The position numbers and the translations under genes were made by a program. A stretch of 63,959 nucleotides of DNA, the filler included, from Octopus bimaculoides (taxonomy: Eukaryota): assembly GCF_001194135.2 (NCBI RefSeq). It is 7 parts of 6 records of this genome, joined end to end, with 100 filler letters (N's around TTAATTAATTAA, not from the genome) between each part and the next. Parts side by side here need not be neighbours in the genome. Positions count along the whole stretch, not along the records: positions 1 to 30,978 come from NC_068990.1; 6 more parts are not named here. One strand, written 5' to 3'. The notes under the pieces are model-generated. The model did not search any database. It had not been told where the DNA came from and worked only from the letters and a program-made list of their open reading frames with translations. Below are positions 11,531 to 23,960 of the stretch, one piece after another. Within the stretch, counting starts at the first letter, position 1, and every line of letters begins with the position of its first letter.

Positions 11531-12510
11531 TCCTTGGGCCTCTTCTATTGACATCCTTCCTTCATTCATATAGCTTTCTCTCTGCTTATATATACCATCA
11601 AGTACCCTTCCACCCTTGTTCCTCATTCCCTACATTTACTCCCATGCGTATTATTTAATCCTCTCTCCTTCTCCCCCTCATACTCCTGCAACTTTACCAG
11701 GTGTCTGTTTGCACATTCTCTTATATTAACTTCTTTGTACCTTGAAAGTATACACTGACATCTTGTCGTTTCTCTTTATATCTCCCTTTCCAGCTCTACC
11801 CCAATTACTGCCACTCACTCTTTTCATGATGCATCTTCTCTACAACAACAAATCTCTTCCTGTCCCTTCTATCTCAACATCAACTATAAACCCATCTTCA
11901 TCTCTGCTGTACTCTCACTAGTGCTGGTGCTATGAGAAAATGGCCCATTAAACTCTTAAGTGGTTGACTTTAAGAAGTTTTTCTCATGGTTGCTTCTGCA
12001 GTATAGTTTGTTCTAACAGAACATCTACATTTAGGTGGGGATAAATATTACCTCTCAGTATTAATACTGCCACTGTCACTAATATATATATTTTTGGAAG
12101 AGTATCCAAGTAGAAATACACCCCAAAATCAAGACACTGGAGCAAGACCTAGTCTTGAGACAATTTGGATATTATCAAACCATGCAAGTTATGCCAGCAT
12201 GAAAAATGAATGTGTAAAATAATGATGATAATCATATTGTATGTGTGTGAGTGAGTGTGTGTATTATTTCTTTCAGCTGTCCATGAGAATCTGAAGACAC
12301 TGAATTCCTGCTTTATAAGTTCTCTGATGACCAACCTGGACCCACAAACTCTGTTGCAAGAGAAGCATGTATATATGATATTGGTGACTGTAATAATGGC
12401 AACAGTTGTGATATGTATATGATTGAACACTAAATCCACAAGCTTTTTATTCTCCCTTTTTTATTCCCTCTCTTTTTAATCTCTCTCTGTTTATTTCCTC
12501 GTGTTCCTTT

Positions 12511-12548
12511 CTGTTGAAGAGCATAGGCTCGAAACATAACAAACTGTC
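12511..12548 (+). ncRNA. Degenerate hammerhead-like motif
   Basis: CUGUUGA-A-GAGC(AUAG)GCUC-GAA-ACA...UGU-C. Stem II and GUC are present, core A6 is replaced by U, and there is no stem I. Confidence 0.3.
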
Positions 12549-12625
12549 TCACCTTCCCGAGCATCAAACTAATACACTTGCTTGTTGTTTATACACCTCT
12601 CTTCATTTTTCTGTAAATTTCAACA

Positions 12626-12678
<53 letters not shown>

Positions 12679-12759
12679 ATATACAATTTCTATTTATCTA
12701 TATATATGTAATATGCAATATATATATATATACATATAAATATGTATATATATATTTAC

Positions 12760-12984
12760 TTTTGCGAGTTTCAATCATTTGACTGCAGCCATGCTTGTGC
12801 ACCCCCTTGAATGGTTGTAAGTAAAACAAATCGACCTCAAGACTAATTTTTTTAAGCACAGCACTTATTCTACTGATCATTTTTGCTTAACTCCTAAGTT
12901 ACAAGGACGTAAACACACCAACACCGGTTGTCAAGTGGTGACAGGAGTGGACAAACACAAAGGCATGCACACATAGGTATATGT

Positions 12985-13025
<41 letters not shown>

Positions 13026-13176
13026 GATTCTTTCAATTTCCATCTATGAAATCCACTCACAAGGCTTTGGTCAGTCTAAGGCTATAGTAGAAGATATTTG
13101 CCCAGGGTGTCACGCAGTAGGAGTAAATCTGGACCCATGTGGTTGGGAAGCAAGCTTCTTATCACCCAGACATGCC
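12760..13176 (-). mobile_element. SINE family A, near full length, diverged
   Basis: Both the 3' half (tttcaatcatttgactgcagccatgc) and the 5' half (aaatccactcacaaggctttgg) are present around the internal (TA)n. Confidence 0.85.
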
Positions 13177-13228
13177 TGAAAATAAGATAACAAAGGAATA
13201 AATGATTATCTTTTGAACTTCATTAGCT

Positions 13229-13301
13229 TACAGCTGTTTCTGCCATAAGATGCAATGGACTCATATTTGAGTGCTTGAGTAACATTTTATAGCTTCATCA
13301 G
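13229..13301 (-). ncRNA. Degenerate hammerhead-like motif
   Basis: Minus strand reads CUGAUGA-A-GCUAUAA...UUAUGGC-A-GAA-ACAGCUGU-A: core, 7-bp stem II, palindromic stem III and GUA. Stem I does not pair. Confidence 0.4.
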
Positions 13302-13362
13302 ATGATTGAATACGAAGTGCAGTTTATCTATCTATCTCTGCCTGTCTGTCTGACTGCCTATG

Positions 13363-13394
<32 letters not shown>

Positions 13395-13402
13395 AAGCTA
13401 TA

Positions 13403-13444
<42 letters not shown>

Positions 13445-14660
13445 AGTGTGTGTATATACTTGCATACATAGTTACAAATATATACATACATACAAAAATA
13501 ACAGCCCACTATTTAACTGCATGGCACCTTGACCAAATGTCTTCTACAATAACCTTGCACCAACCAGTTTCTTGAGAGTGAATCTGCTGGAAGTCCATTG
13601 CTCACACACACATATGCACACACACAAACGCACACATACACACACATTATTACTATATAATCAACAGATGAGATCCTGAGATGCTCAGTTTTGAAAACAC
13701 AAGTACTCAAATGATTCAAACTTGGATTAGGATGTCTTTAGAAGAAACACATTCTATGAGGTAAACAACAGCTATAAGAGGTATCAAGGTGAGCTAATAT
13801 GGTGGTAATTATGATAGATAACCAAATTAAAAATAACTGCTTGTGTTGGATATACAAAATATGTATATATGAATATGTGCAAACAGAGAGAAGGCAAAGA
13901 TTGATATCTTTTATATTATCATGGTGTAGAGAAGTTTGAAGTTTTAAGCTCTGTCATTTGTACTCTGTGTAAGTTTGATATAATAATATATAAATGTCTA
14001 TATATTTATGTATTAGTATTCATCATCTGAAAATCTTCAGTCTTTGTTTTGTCTCCATTTGCATGTATGCATATATACATAACACACACACACACACATA
14101 TATATATATGCATATATATATATGTATATACATATAACTTATATATATATATATATATNNNNNNNNNNNNNNNNNNNNNNNNNNNNNNNNNNNNNNNNNN
14201 NNNNNNNNNNNNNNNNNNNNNNNNNNNNNNNNNNNNNNNNNNNNNNNNNNNNNNNNNNNNNNNNNNNNNNNNNNNNNNNNNNNNNNNNNNNNNNNNNNNN
14301 NNNNNNNNNNNNNNNNNNNNNNNNNNNNNNNNNNNNNNNNNNNNNNNNNNNNNNNNNNNNNNNNNNNNNNNNNNNNNNNNNNNNNNNNNNNNNNNNNNNN
14401 NNNNNNNNNNNNNNNNNNNNNNNNNNNNNNNNNNNNNNNNNNNNNNNNNNNNNNNNNNNNGAGAAAATAAGCACAGAGAGAGTGAAAAGCATTTGTAGAT
14501 TTCAGTGGTCCAGCATGGCGAATGAGTGGAAAAAAAGAGGTTGAAAGAAAGGGAGACAATGATAAAAAAGAAAAGAGGTTGATTGAAAGGGAGATAATAA
14601 AGTGCTAGTGATCCCAGCAAGAGAAGGTGTGTGTGTAAGAGAGAATGGTGTGCGTGAGTG

Positions 14661-14712
<52 letters not shown>

Positions 14713-15244
14713 AATAGGAGTGAGTGACTGATGTGTGAGTGTGTGCGTGTGTAACATGTGTGTTTGTATGTTGCATGTAGTAGTTGATGTGTGCCCATGT
14801 GTGTGTGTATGGTGTATACCTGTGGGTGAAAGTTATCTTTGTTTATGTATGTTGTGTATGTATGTATAGCCTATGTTCAGGTATTATGTGTTGTGTGGGT
14901 TTGGGAGTGTGCATGATGGTGTGTGGGGTGTGTACAGTGTGTGTTAAACAGTGTGTGTGGCTGCAAATATAGTGGTATGTGTGGTAACACTATTGAAGAT
15001 TGTGTGTGGATGATGGCATGTGGTGTGGGTGCTGGGAAGTAGTCAGTGCTAGTGTGTATGGGGTGGTGTGGGGTTGGTATCAAATGAAGAAAGAGATGAG
15101 GTTGGTATCAGATGAAGAGAGGAGGTGAGTTGAGCCGATGTGGCGCAAAGAAGTGAAGAGAGAAGATTAATTCCTGTTCACAGCAAAGGCAGATGTCTGG
15201 ATGACTCCTGTGCAAAGACAGTCTGAACACAAGCATATATATAT

Positions 15245-15620
15245 ATCGTCATCATCATTATCATCGTCATCATTTAACATCCATTGTCCAGATTCCATTC
15301 TGATTTGGCATGGTTTCTATGGCTGGATGCCCTTCCTAATACCAATCACTCTAAGAGTGCTATGGTTGCTCTTAAGTGCCACCAGCTCGGGTACCATTAA
15401 CCTGGCACCAATATCTGCCACGACTATGATTTTACATGGCTTGATGTGTTTTCTCAAGCCTGGCATAATGCCAAAGGTCTTGGTCATTTGTCATAGCCTC
15501 TGTGAGGCCCCAACACTCAAAAGTAGCTTTTCACATGCCACTGGCATCGACCACCTTGCCTCCGCAAAGCCCAATGCTTGAAAGGTGCTTTTCATGTGCC
15601 ACTGGCATGGGTACTAGTTA
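15245..15620 (-). mobile_element. SINE family B, long copy
   Basis: (ATC)n tail, tggctggatgcccttcctaataccaatcactc, and upstream aaaggtgcttttcatgtgccac repeats. Confidence 0.8.
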
Positions 15621-15639
15621 CATAGTAATTCATAGACAC

Positions 15640-16560
15640 ACACGACTTAATAATCCAACTGCTTGTTCTAATTCTGTACAACACACTCGATCAAATAAGC
15701 CTAGCAACAGATATAGGAATCAGGATGTCTTCTGGTTCAACCTTATTTTCAGTTTGCATGTTTCAACCGGAAAATGTTTTGCTGCTTTGGACAAGTGCTT
15801 TCTTAAAGCTCATCGGTATCATGCTATTTTTAATCAACACACTGTGAAGGTATCCTATGCCAGCTCTGCTAATTTAGAGCACTTTATGCATCGCATAAAC
15901 GATAGCAAAATGTGGCAAATGTTCAATAACCCACCTACTGGTCTAGTGAACAGTTGCATCTAAATACCAACTAAGGAAATGTAAACTGCATTGATAAACA
16001 CCAATTATGATCAATTTGTAGTAGTAGAAATACTTATGATACAGCTAACACAGTAACAACACTGGCAAATGGAGATGGGACTGCCTTATATACAATAAAT
16101 ACGATAAATGCTCATGCAGAGAAAAATCAAAATGTCCTTTGATGAATCTTTGTATGTGTATGAATCTTGTATATAAATGTACTGTGTAGACACGGGAAGG
16201 GTTGTATGTTTACATTGGGCAGACAGCTGATTCATTTAAGAATCTTTATCATAACCATGTTGCCAGCTTTAAGTCAGTCAATAAGAGACATTCAATATCT
16301 TTGGCAAATTTTGTATGGTGACTGAAGGAGGATAAAATGAAGTACAGCATAAGTTGGTCCATATTAAGGTACGCAAAACCATACAATATAATTTCCAGGA
16401 GATGCTGTCTCTGCTCCGAGGAATCTCTGTCTATTCTGTGGACTAATGAGAAGATCATTAATAGAATTTCTGAACGACTCTTGAGATGCCTAAGGGCAAT
16501 AAAAAATATACTTATGCACAATGCAGTGGGAATGAATTTTGAGTATCTATTAACATGATT
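15640..16560 (+). mobile_element. Decayed Penelope-like element C-terminus, linker plus GIY-YIG endonuclease
   Basis: VFWFN ... HRYHAIFNQHTVKVSY, then CSCREKSKCP ... VYKCTV ... VYIGQTADSFKNLYHNH ... YSISWSILRYAKPYNIISRRCCLCSEE. This is the PLE WFNPP / KVSY / CxC / GIY-YIG / CxLC layout. Confidence 0.88.
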
Positions 16561-16749
16561 TAATTTTTTTGGATTGACATAAGTTTACTTGTAACCTCTC
16601 CATTCTTACAAACACCAAATAGATAGCTAACTCACTTTATGATCATGGGTGCACCAAACCTCATGTGTGTGTATGCTCACATTTTTACAGAAGCCTGTAT
16701 GAGCAAGTGTCCTCGCACCATGCCACTTGCTCGAGGGTGCTTATACATC

Positions 16750-17085
16750 CATATCTGTTAATGGTTATTTTTAATACTTTTCTCACTGGATTGCGTGTTC
16801 GTTTCTCTTTTTGCCATTTGTGATATTATTTTTGATCTTCTATATAAATGAAAATATTTCCTCCATCTGGCTGCCTTTCTTTCTACAAAGGGGAAGTTAC
16901 ATTGTGGAATAGTTATTCTAACAAGTTGTATTTATTTATCACCCGACGACATACATTTGCATCACCGGATGCTCCTGATCCAGTCGTTGAGTGTCCCACC
17001 CATGAGAAATCGATGCTAGATGCATCGAAACAATTGTTGTGATTAATAATAAATTCTCGTATATTCCATCTTCCATTTGACATAT
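16750..17085 (+). mobile_element. Probable PLE terminal repeat (pLTR) remnant
   Basis: Follows the PLE endonuclease and contains a hammerhead-like half motif GAUGC/GCAUC-GAA-ACAAUUGU, then aataaa and (TA)n. Confidence 0.4.
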
Positions 17086-17097
17086 ATNNNNNNNNNN

Positions 17098-17143
<46 letters not shown>

Positions 17144-19199
17144 GAAAGACAGATGGATATTTAGATAGATGGAAGGCTGGATAAAAGAATAAATAGACAT
17201 AAATATATATCTATATACATATGTATATGCACATACATATGTGCACTAACACCACATTTAGATACAGTACATACAACATATAGATAAACACAACACTTCA
17301 TTGATTAATTATTTGGCCAGAGAGAAAGAAAGAAATTTGTGGTGGTAGGAGTGGGCAGACAAAGCTAGATAGAAAGTTTCTTATATAGAATGTGGCATGG
17401 ACAGATGCATTGTAACATGTTAGGGAAGAATAGACACAAATATGGATGAATGTATCTGTAGGTAAATAGGAAGGTAAACCAATTAGTACATGAATAAATT
17501 TATGAGAAGATAGATACCTACTTTGATGAATGGCTGAATAAGAATTTCTACAGACACATGTATGGTTAAGGAAATAAATAAATACCTATAGGTCTGGATG
17601 GATGTGTTATTAAGTAATTTGTTGAATCACACAATATAAATGTAAATTAACTGAGAAACAAAATAGTAGTAGTAACATTATTAAGGTACTCGGCATAAAC
17701 TTGGACAGTTTGTAATCTTAAATATAATGAATGATATAGAGAAGGTTAGTTAGGTGTCCAGAATTAATGCCCTTGATGTCAAGTCCAACAGTGAGAAAAT
17801 TTAGAAAGTATTTGATTAGTCGAAGCAGATGTTCAATAAATGTATTGAGATAGTGTCTTATGTAACATAATCACTATCTGTTATTCAATGGACATTTACC
17901 AAATTTTTGCGTCCTTACTCTCTTGTGTTCAGACAAATTGGCATTGATAATTTTGCCCCTTAGTTAAACAGTACAAGTTTATTTCTGTCAGAAGTAAGTA
18001 TTGACTAACTTGTATTTTTTATTTTATTTTATTTCATCATTTATTTGATTTGTTATTTCAAATTTCATCATATTAAATAATTAAGAAGAGAAAGAGGAAA
18101 AAATATCTTCAGTAATTTCAAACTTTCTTAGAATTAATCCATTAATTTTTTCTTCTGTTTCTTTTTTTTTTTTCTTAAGAAAAAATGTTGATATTCAATT
18201 TGGATGTTTAAGTCAATTGTTTGAAATACCAAATATCAGTATGTTTTATGCTGTTAGCAGAAAATACCTTTGCCTCACTCATGCCTTTATAATATATACC
18301 ACAGCAGTGGTCAGTGACTGTGAAAATAGTAGGTGATTCTCTTGCAGACAGTCACATTTGTGAAACTATATTGCTTGTAATAGTGTTATTCAACTATTCC
18401 ATGCTGGTTTCTGACTCACTGACTAATATAATAGAACTGCCCGGTAGTTCCAAGCTGTAAATTTATGACTCATCTACCCATAAGCACTACTACCAAAACT
18501 ACTGTCCCCCTTATTCACTTGCACAAGTTATGCAAGAAATCCCTATAATATTTTTCATTATATGTGTGGCCTTGTGCTTATGTTAGAAATCAATATATTT
18601 CTTTATAATAAAAATAGATTCTTGGTTAATCACAGAAATATACTTTTTTTAATGGTATTAATGTTTTATGCACTCACAAAAATAAATTTAAATAAATACA
18701 ATGGTATGTCTTAGGTTTCCTTTGCTGGTTGTTGTAAGACTTTGAGAAGTTACTTTCTTTTACTTGATTGTGTAAGAAAGCTATCTTAGAAATATTTAGG
18801 AAGATCAAATAATATTGAAACTGCAAAATCCAAGGAAACAAGTAATGGTTGACATTGGCAAATACTAATATGAAAAGTCCATGCAGAAAGCAACTCAACT
18901 CTTTCAAACGAAGGGTTTGGCCCACAACATTAAACTTTTCTTCTTTCTAACGGTTTAACAATTATTCCACTGTTTGAAGGTTTATAATAATATTGATTTC
19001 TTTTGACTAGGAAGATGGCCAAATATTTTAAAGGGATGGTTATAGCTGAGTGAATTGATCTCAGTACTACATTTACCAATTCCAGAACAGTAGCCGGTTA
19101 AGTTGATCAAGGGAAGATTAGAATTCAAAATATAAAGAAACAACACCAGAGACTGTGACAAATATTGCTATCCAGGTGTTTACAATATCGATTTCAAAT

Positions 19200-19405
19200 T
19201 TTGGCATATAGCCAGCAATTTCAAGGGAGGTTGTAAGTTGATTACATCAACCCCAGTGTTCAACTGGTACTTATTTTATCGACCCTGAAAGGATTAAAGG
19301 TGAAGTTGACCGTAGTGATATTTGAACACAGAAAGTAAAAATGGACGAAATGCTGCTAAGCATTTTTCTCAACATGCTAAAAATTCTACCAGCTCATCGC
19401 TTTAA
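19200..19405 (-). mobile_element. SINE family D copy
   Basis: ctggtacttattttatcgaccctgaaaggattaaaggtgaagttgacc, shared with copies at 31310, 42525 and 56180. The central block resembles the Deu/Nin SINE domain (unverified). Confidence 0.8.
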
Positions 19406-20638
19406 GGTGTTTGCAATATTAGTACAAGCAAGCAATTAAGTGACAGAATTGGTAGAGCATCAACTGGCATGTATGATATCATTTCCTGATAGGTCTTTTC
19501 TTTTAATATCTTCCTCCACCTTCTGGAGTCAATAAAATTAGAACCAGACAGGAAATGGAATCAATCTTTTTTTACTCTACTCTCTAACATAATTGAAACC
19601 TATGTCAATTTTTAAAATTGGTGGTTTTGTTTCTCTGAGTTTCAAGTTCAAATTCTATCAGGATCAAATCTTTTCCCATTTTCTAAGTCAGAAGCTAGAA
19701 TAATGACTGCTAGCAATATAACAGAATTGATTTGATTACATAACTCCTTCTTTTGTAAACATTTGTCTTCTGCCAAATCAAAAGAAATTAATGCTATTTA
19801 AAAGAAAATAATTCTGAGTTCTTTTAAAATCTATATATTCTATTATTCTTAAAATGTACCACTGATATTGCTGGACTTTGTAGCTGTCTTCTATGCAATG
19901 CTAATTGAATCACAGTAATTTTCCTAGATGACAACTCTCATCTCATTCATTCACACTTTCATATCACAGAGAGCCTCTTTCTTTTCTTGTATTCATTACA
20001 CTGTTAATGAAACAAATCACCATGTTGATTTACAAGACATGATATAATTCGAGAGTAGTATCCCTCCAGTATCAAATGGACATCTCCATGAATAAATTTG
20101 TTTTAAGGCTCTTCAAATTACCGTGAATTCCTTTGAAAGTTGAATGCATAACAATAGTTTTAATGTAAATCAACTGTAGAATAAAGTGTTTGTTATACAC
20201 AGTCTATAGTTTATGACAGGTGCGAATAAATGCAACTTTCACAACCCCTTATTATTGTGCAAATTTAAATGAATTCTCAAAGCAATTGGAATTTCTATAC
20301 AAATATAAAAAGTATGAGCAAATACTTGAACCTAATCAGATAAATTACATTTTATTTTTATATTTCTAAGTTTTATGACATCATTTAAAATACTGTGTGT
20401 GTGTATCCTGATTTTAGAAAAGGTACATTGCATCCTTATTTGTTGTTAGAAATGACTAAAAGGGTTGATGAAGGAAGGACATCAAGCTATGATGCATTGT
20501 CTCAGAAAAACCATCCAACCCATACCAGCATGGAATGGCAGACACAAAATGCTGTTGCTGGTGTTGCCAATAATAACAATATAACATTTTCTAAAATGGG
20601 ATTAAAATGAAAAATTTTACAGATCAGTAAGTCTAGAG

Positions 20639-20891
20639 CAGTGGCCCCCAACTATACGACACTTAGGGATACATATCAGATTTTAATGTTAAAATTTATC
20701 AGGAATGAATTGTTTATACTTCTACAAAACACCAAATATTTTGACGATTTTTTTATACAATTCTTAATAATATTTAATGATAAAAATATAATGAGATTTT
20801 TTAAGCACTGAATGACTAGGAGGGTCCACCCAAGTAAAATAGGTATCAAAGAGATCTATAGGTTAAAAAAAAAAGGGGTGGCGGAACACTA
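20639..20891. mobile_element. hAT (Charlie/Buster-type) MITE, 253 bp, with 8-bp TSD
   Basis: Identical GTCTAGAG at 20631-20638 and 20892-20899. Ends are cagtggcccccaac and gtggcggaacacta, imperfect TIRs. Confidence 0.85.
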
Positions 20892-21150
20892 GTCTAGAGT
20901 CATTAATAATATTTTTGTGCGTGTATTAAATTCACATTTTGCACTTTATCCAATATACATTATTCTACTTCATTTGAAAATGTATTTTGTAAAGTAGTCA
21001 CCTCATAAGGGACATATACAGAGTTAGTGTACTACCAATGCACCTGTTGCTCTTTTCTGTGTTAAATCAATAGTTATTATGTCTAGTGTCACTGCATGTT
21101 AAAAATTTTTACTCTTAAATATTTCCTAACTTTTTAAAAGTGTTTCATAA

Positions 21151-21369
21151 CCTTTTAGCATTCAGATGTCTTTGTCACTGTATTGCTTATTTATTCGCAC
21201 TGCTTTGAATTAATCATGTAGCATATTGTAGCTTCAAAATTTCAATGTTGTGCATGTATATTTTTAAAATGACATTGTAGAGTAGGTTTCAGAATTTGGA
21301 GCTGGTCAGTTTTAACATAAAACAGGTTGAATATTTGGGACATATATGGCTGGATTAAATGCTAAAAGT
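21151..21369 (-). mobile_element. piggyBac-type MITE copy
   Basis: ccttttagcattcagat ... aaatgacattgtagagtaggt ... aaatgctaaaag, a reverse-orientation match to 26625. Confidence 0.7.
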
Positions 21370-22267
21370 ACATATATGAGCTTTGGTTGTTACTATCCAA
21401 AAATACATTTTCTCTAATAACCGGCTGATCAGAGAGAAAGAAGGAAATTCAAGTTAGTAAAAGAAAGATGGCCGATGGTCACGTGCGAGCAATGAGTGAG
21501 CAAAGGTGGAAGGGTGAGGGAGAGAGAGAGGGACAGAGAATGGTGAAGGGAAGGGGAAAAGAAAGGATGAGTGAGGAAAACGAAAGGGAGAGAAGAGAAG
21601 ATACAGAGAATAGAGAAAGGAAGAGAGAGGAAATAAATGAAAGAGGGGAGGAAAAAGACAGAAAGAGCTAGGAAGGGAGTGGAAACGAAAGTGGAAACAA
21701 AAGAAATAGGAAGTGTTGCATACATTTACATATATATGTGTGTGTGTATTATCTGTTAATAGACAATAGTATACACCTGGCAGTTTGCTGGTAAAGCTTG
21801 TTCTCTGGCTCAATCTTGTTAGGTATTTGATTAATAAGAGAGACAAAAGATGGATGATATGAGAATGTTTATTGATCACCACAATCGTTTTGAACCATCT
21901 AGCACGGATACTTCACGGGTTGGATATTGTATAACAGGTTTAGGTGTATCCCTCAGTATAGATGTGTCTCCTCAGGTGATTCCAAGAGGTATCTCCTTAA
22001 AATGTACTCTGTTTTGCAAACTTTCTTCATGGTCTTCATATATATAAATGGCAAATTAAAGTATACAACTTCATACTTATAGAAGATCCAAAATTTCAGA
22101 TACAAAAAAAAAAAAAATATTCAATACAGTGAAGAAATTATTATATATTACCAGCAAGCTTCTTACCACATACCCATCTACATATTCATAAGAATCTATG
22201 AACTTTTAAGAAAATGTGAAATATCGTTTTTGTATCTGGTTTGTAGGATTTCTTAATTGAAGCAAAT

Positions 22268-22487
22268 TGTCTTAATGCCTTATTATCTAACACACTGACA
22301 GGTTCAGTTTCCACCCATTTATTATTATTTTTGTATCTTTTTCTTTGAAAATTTTTGTTGATTTTGCAACCTTATCTATTGACAAGGTTGGAAAAACAAC
22401 GAAAATTTGGGAAGACAAAAACAATATAAATAATAAATGAGGGGAAATTGAACCAGTGAGTGTGTTAGATAATAAGGCATTAAGACA
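22268..22487. repeat. 220-bp fold-back palindrome
   Basis: Outer arms 22268-22326 and 22429-22487 match at 54/59 positions, the first 29 identical. The inner arms also pair, leaving a loop of about 4 nt. Confidence 0.92.
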
Positions 22488-22551
22488 GTATGACTCTCCT
22501 CTGACACAACAAAAAAATGAAATAATTCTCTTTAGGGGAATTGGTTTCAAA

Positions 22552-22701
22552 GCACATAAATGCTATAAATAAGAGCATGTAAATATTGGGTAGAAAACCT
22601 CTTTTAGATAGAAAATATTGAAGGCTTACCTTAGACCTGTCCTATCCAGAAGGAATTTTCAACCAAATATTGACCCTCTATTATTTATAGCATTCATGTG
22701 C
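22552..22701. repeat. Second imperfect fold-back, 150 bp
   Basis: gcacataaatgctataaataa ... pairs with ... ttatttatagcattcatgtgc, and pairing continues inward imperfectly. Confidence 0.8.
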
Positions 22702-23857
22702 CATGACAACCAGATCCCCAAAAAGAATTATATATACTCATGCTTTGAGTTCTGTTTTCCTGTTTGCATTACAAAACCTACATATTCTGAGTTAATCTAT
22801 ATGTGTGTGTGTAAGTGTGTGTGAGTGTGTGTGTGTGCATATGTGTATATAATCAAAGGCATTCTAACTGCGAACATCCAGTCTTTTCTAAAACACTAAA
22901 GTGTGATTTGAAGGAGATTTGGTGGATATTTTTAGCAGGTCAGATAACGACATAAAGGCTCATTTGATATCCATGATGTAGGTTACAAGAACTGGCTACA
23001 AATAGAAATTGAGTTGTTGGGTCATCTTATTAGGAGGTACCTCTATAATCTATTGCATGTTTAAATTGTTAAATATTATTTCTTTTCAATAAATTTTACA
23101 CAGGAAAAAATTATAGGTGATGGAATCAAATAAATTATACCAGCAGTACATATTTTGGCAGCTCTACAGGAATAAATTGCAATAACAGCTCAAGTGAGAA
23201 CATCAATAAAGTAAAGTTCTTCTCTTCATTTTAAGCCAACTCACTCATTTGAATTCTAATAATGCATGATTTACATTAACATGGAATGAATGTTTGTAAT
23301 ATTTTCTACCAAACTTATGGCATTTATTCTTACTTTCCCATTAAAATAATTGCTATTGTTGTCATAGGCTAGAACATTTTCTTTCTATAGCATTTCTGCT
23401 AATTCTGTCTTAGCTACATTTAACATCCAGCATGCCATTTTCAGTTCTTTGCTGTTTGATTTTTCTTTTTTGTCTGCTGTGTGCAAATGTTATAATTTCC
23501 TGGATTACTTTTCATTACCATATAAGATCAAACATTACACACATACATCACCCAGCCTCCTGTTACTTTGAAAAACTTTTCTCTCTATGAAGAGCACTGA
23601 ATCCTAAATCTTGTGCCTCAAACTTTTGACACTACACTAACTCTGGTTCAAATTTTAACAAACATTAGTGGAATAGCAATGACTATTCAACTCATCACAA
23701 AAGTGTATAGCCTGTAGGTCTACACTGTCAAATGCATCTGTATATTTAGTGCACTTGAAGTGTTAATTCTCTGACGATCAATCTGAAAAGAGAATGCATA
23801 TATTCTGAACCGATTCATTGCACTATCAAAAATGAATACTAACTCTTGTCTACTCAC

Positions 23858-23960
23858 TTCTGTCACACTGAATATGACTACTTCTCTGTTGCTGTAGGGA
23901 GGCTGCCTTTCCATGCAGTTCAGGGTAATCATTCTTTGTTGTAATCATCTTACATAATAA
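23858..23960 (-). CDS. Candidate internal exon (LLCKMITTKNDYPELHGKAASLQQQRSSHIQCDR)
   Basis: Minus-strand cag| acceptor with a weak pyrimidine tract, GAA|gtgagt donor, and one open frame. No domain recognised. Confidence 0.2.

Noticed and set aside
17935-17995. Plus-strand segment with a good acceptor and gtaagt donor
   Set aside because: All three frames contain stops, and nothing else supports it.
22150-22185. Strong minus-strand splice donor gtaaga
   Set aside because: It is a degenerate SINE A head (tgtggtaagaagcttgct). The same applies to many gtaag motifs in the window.
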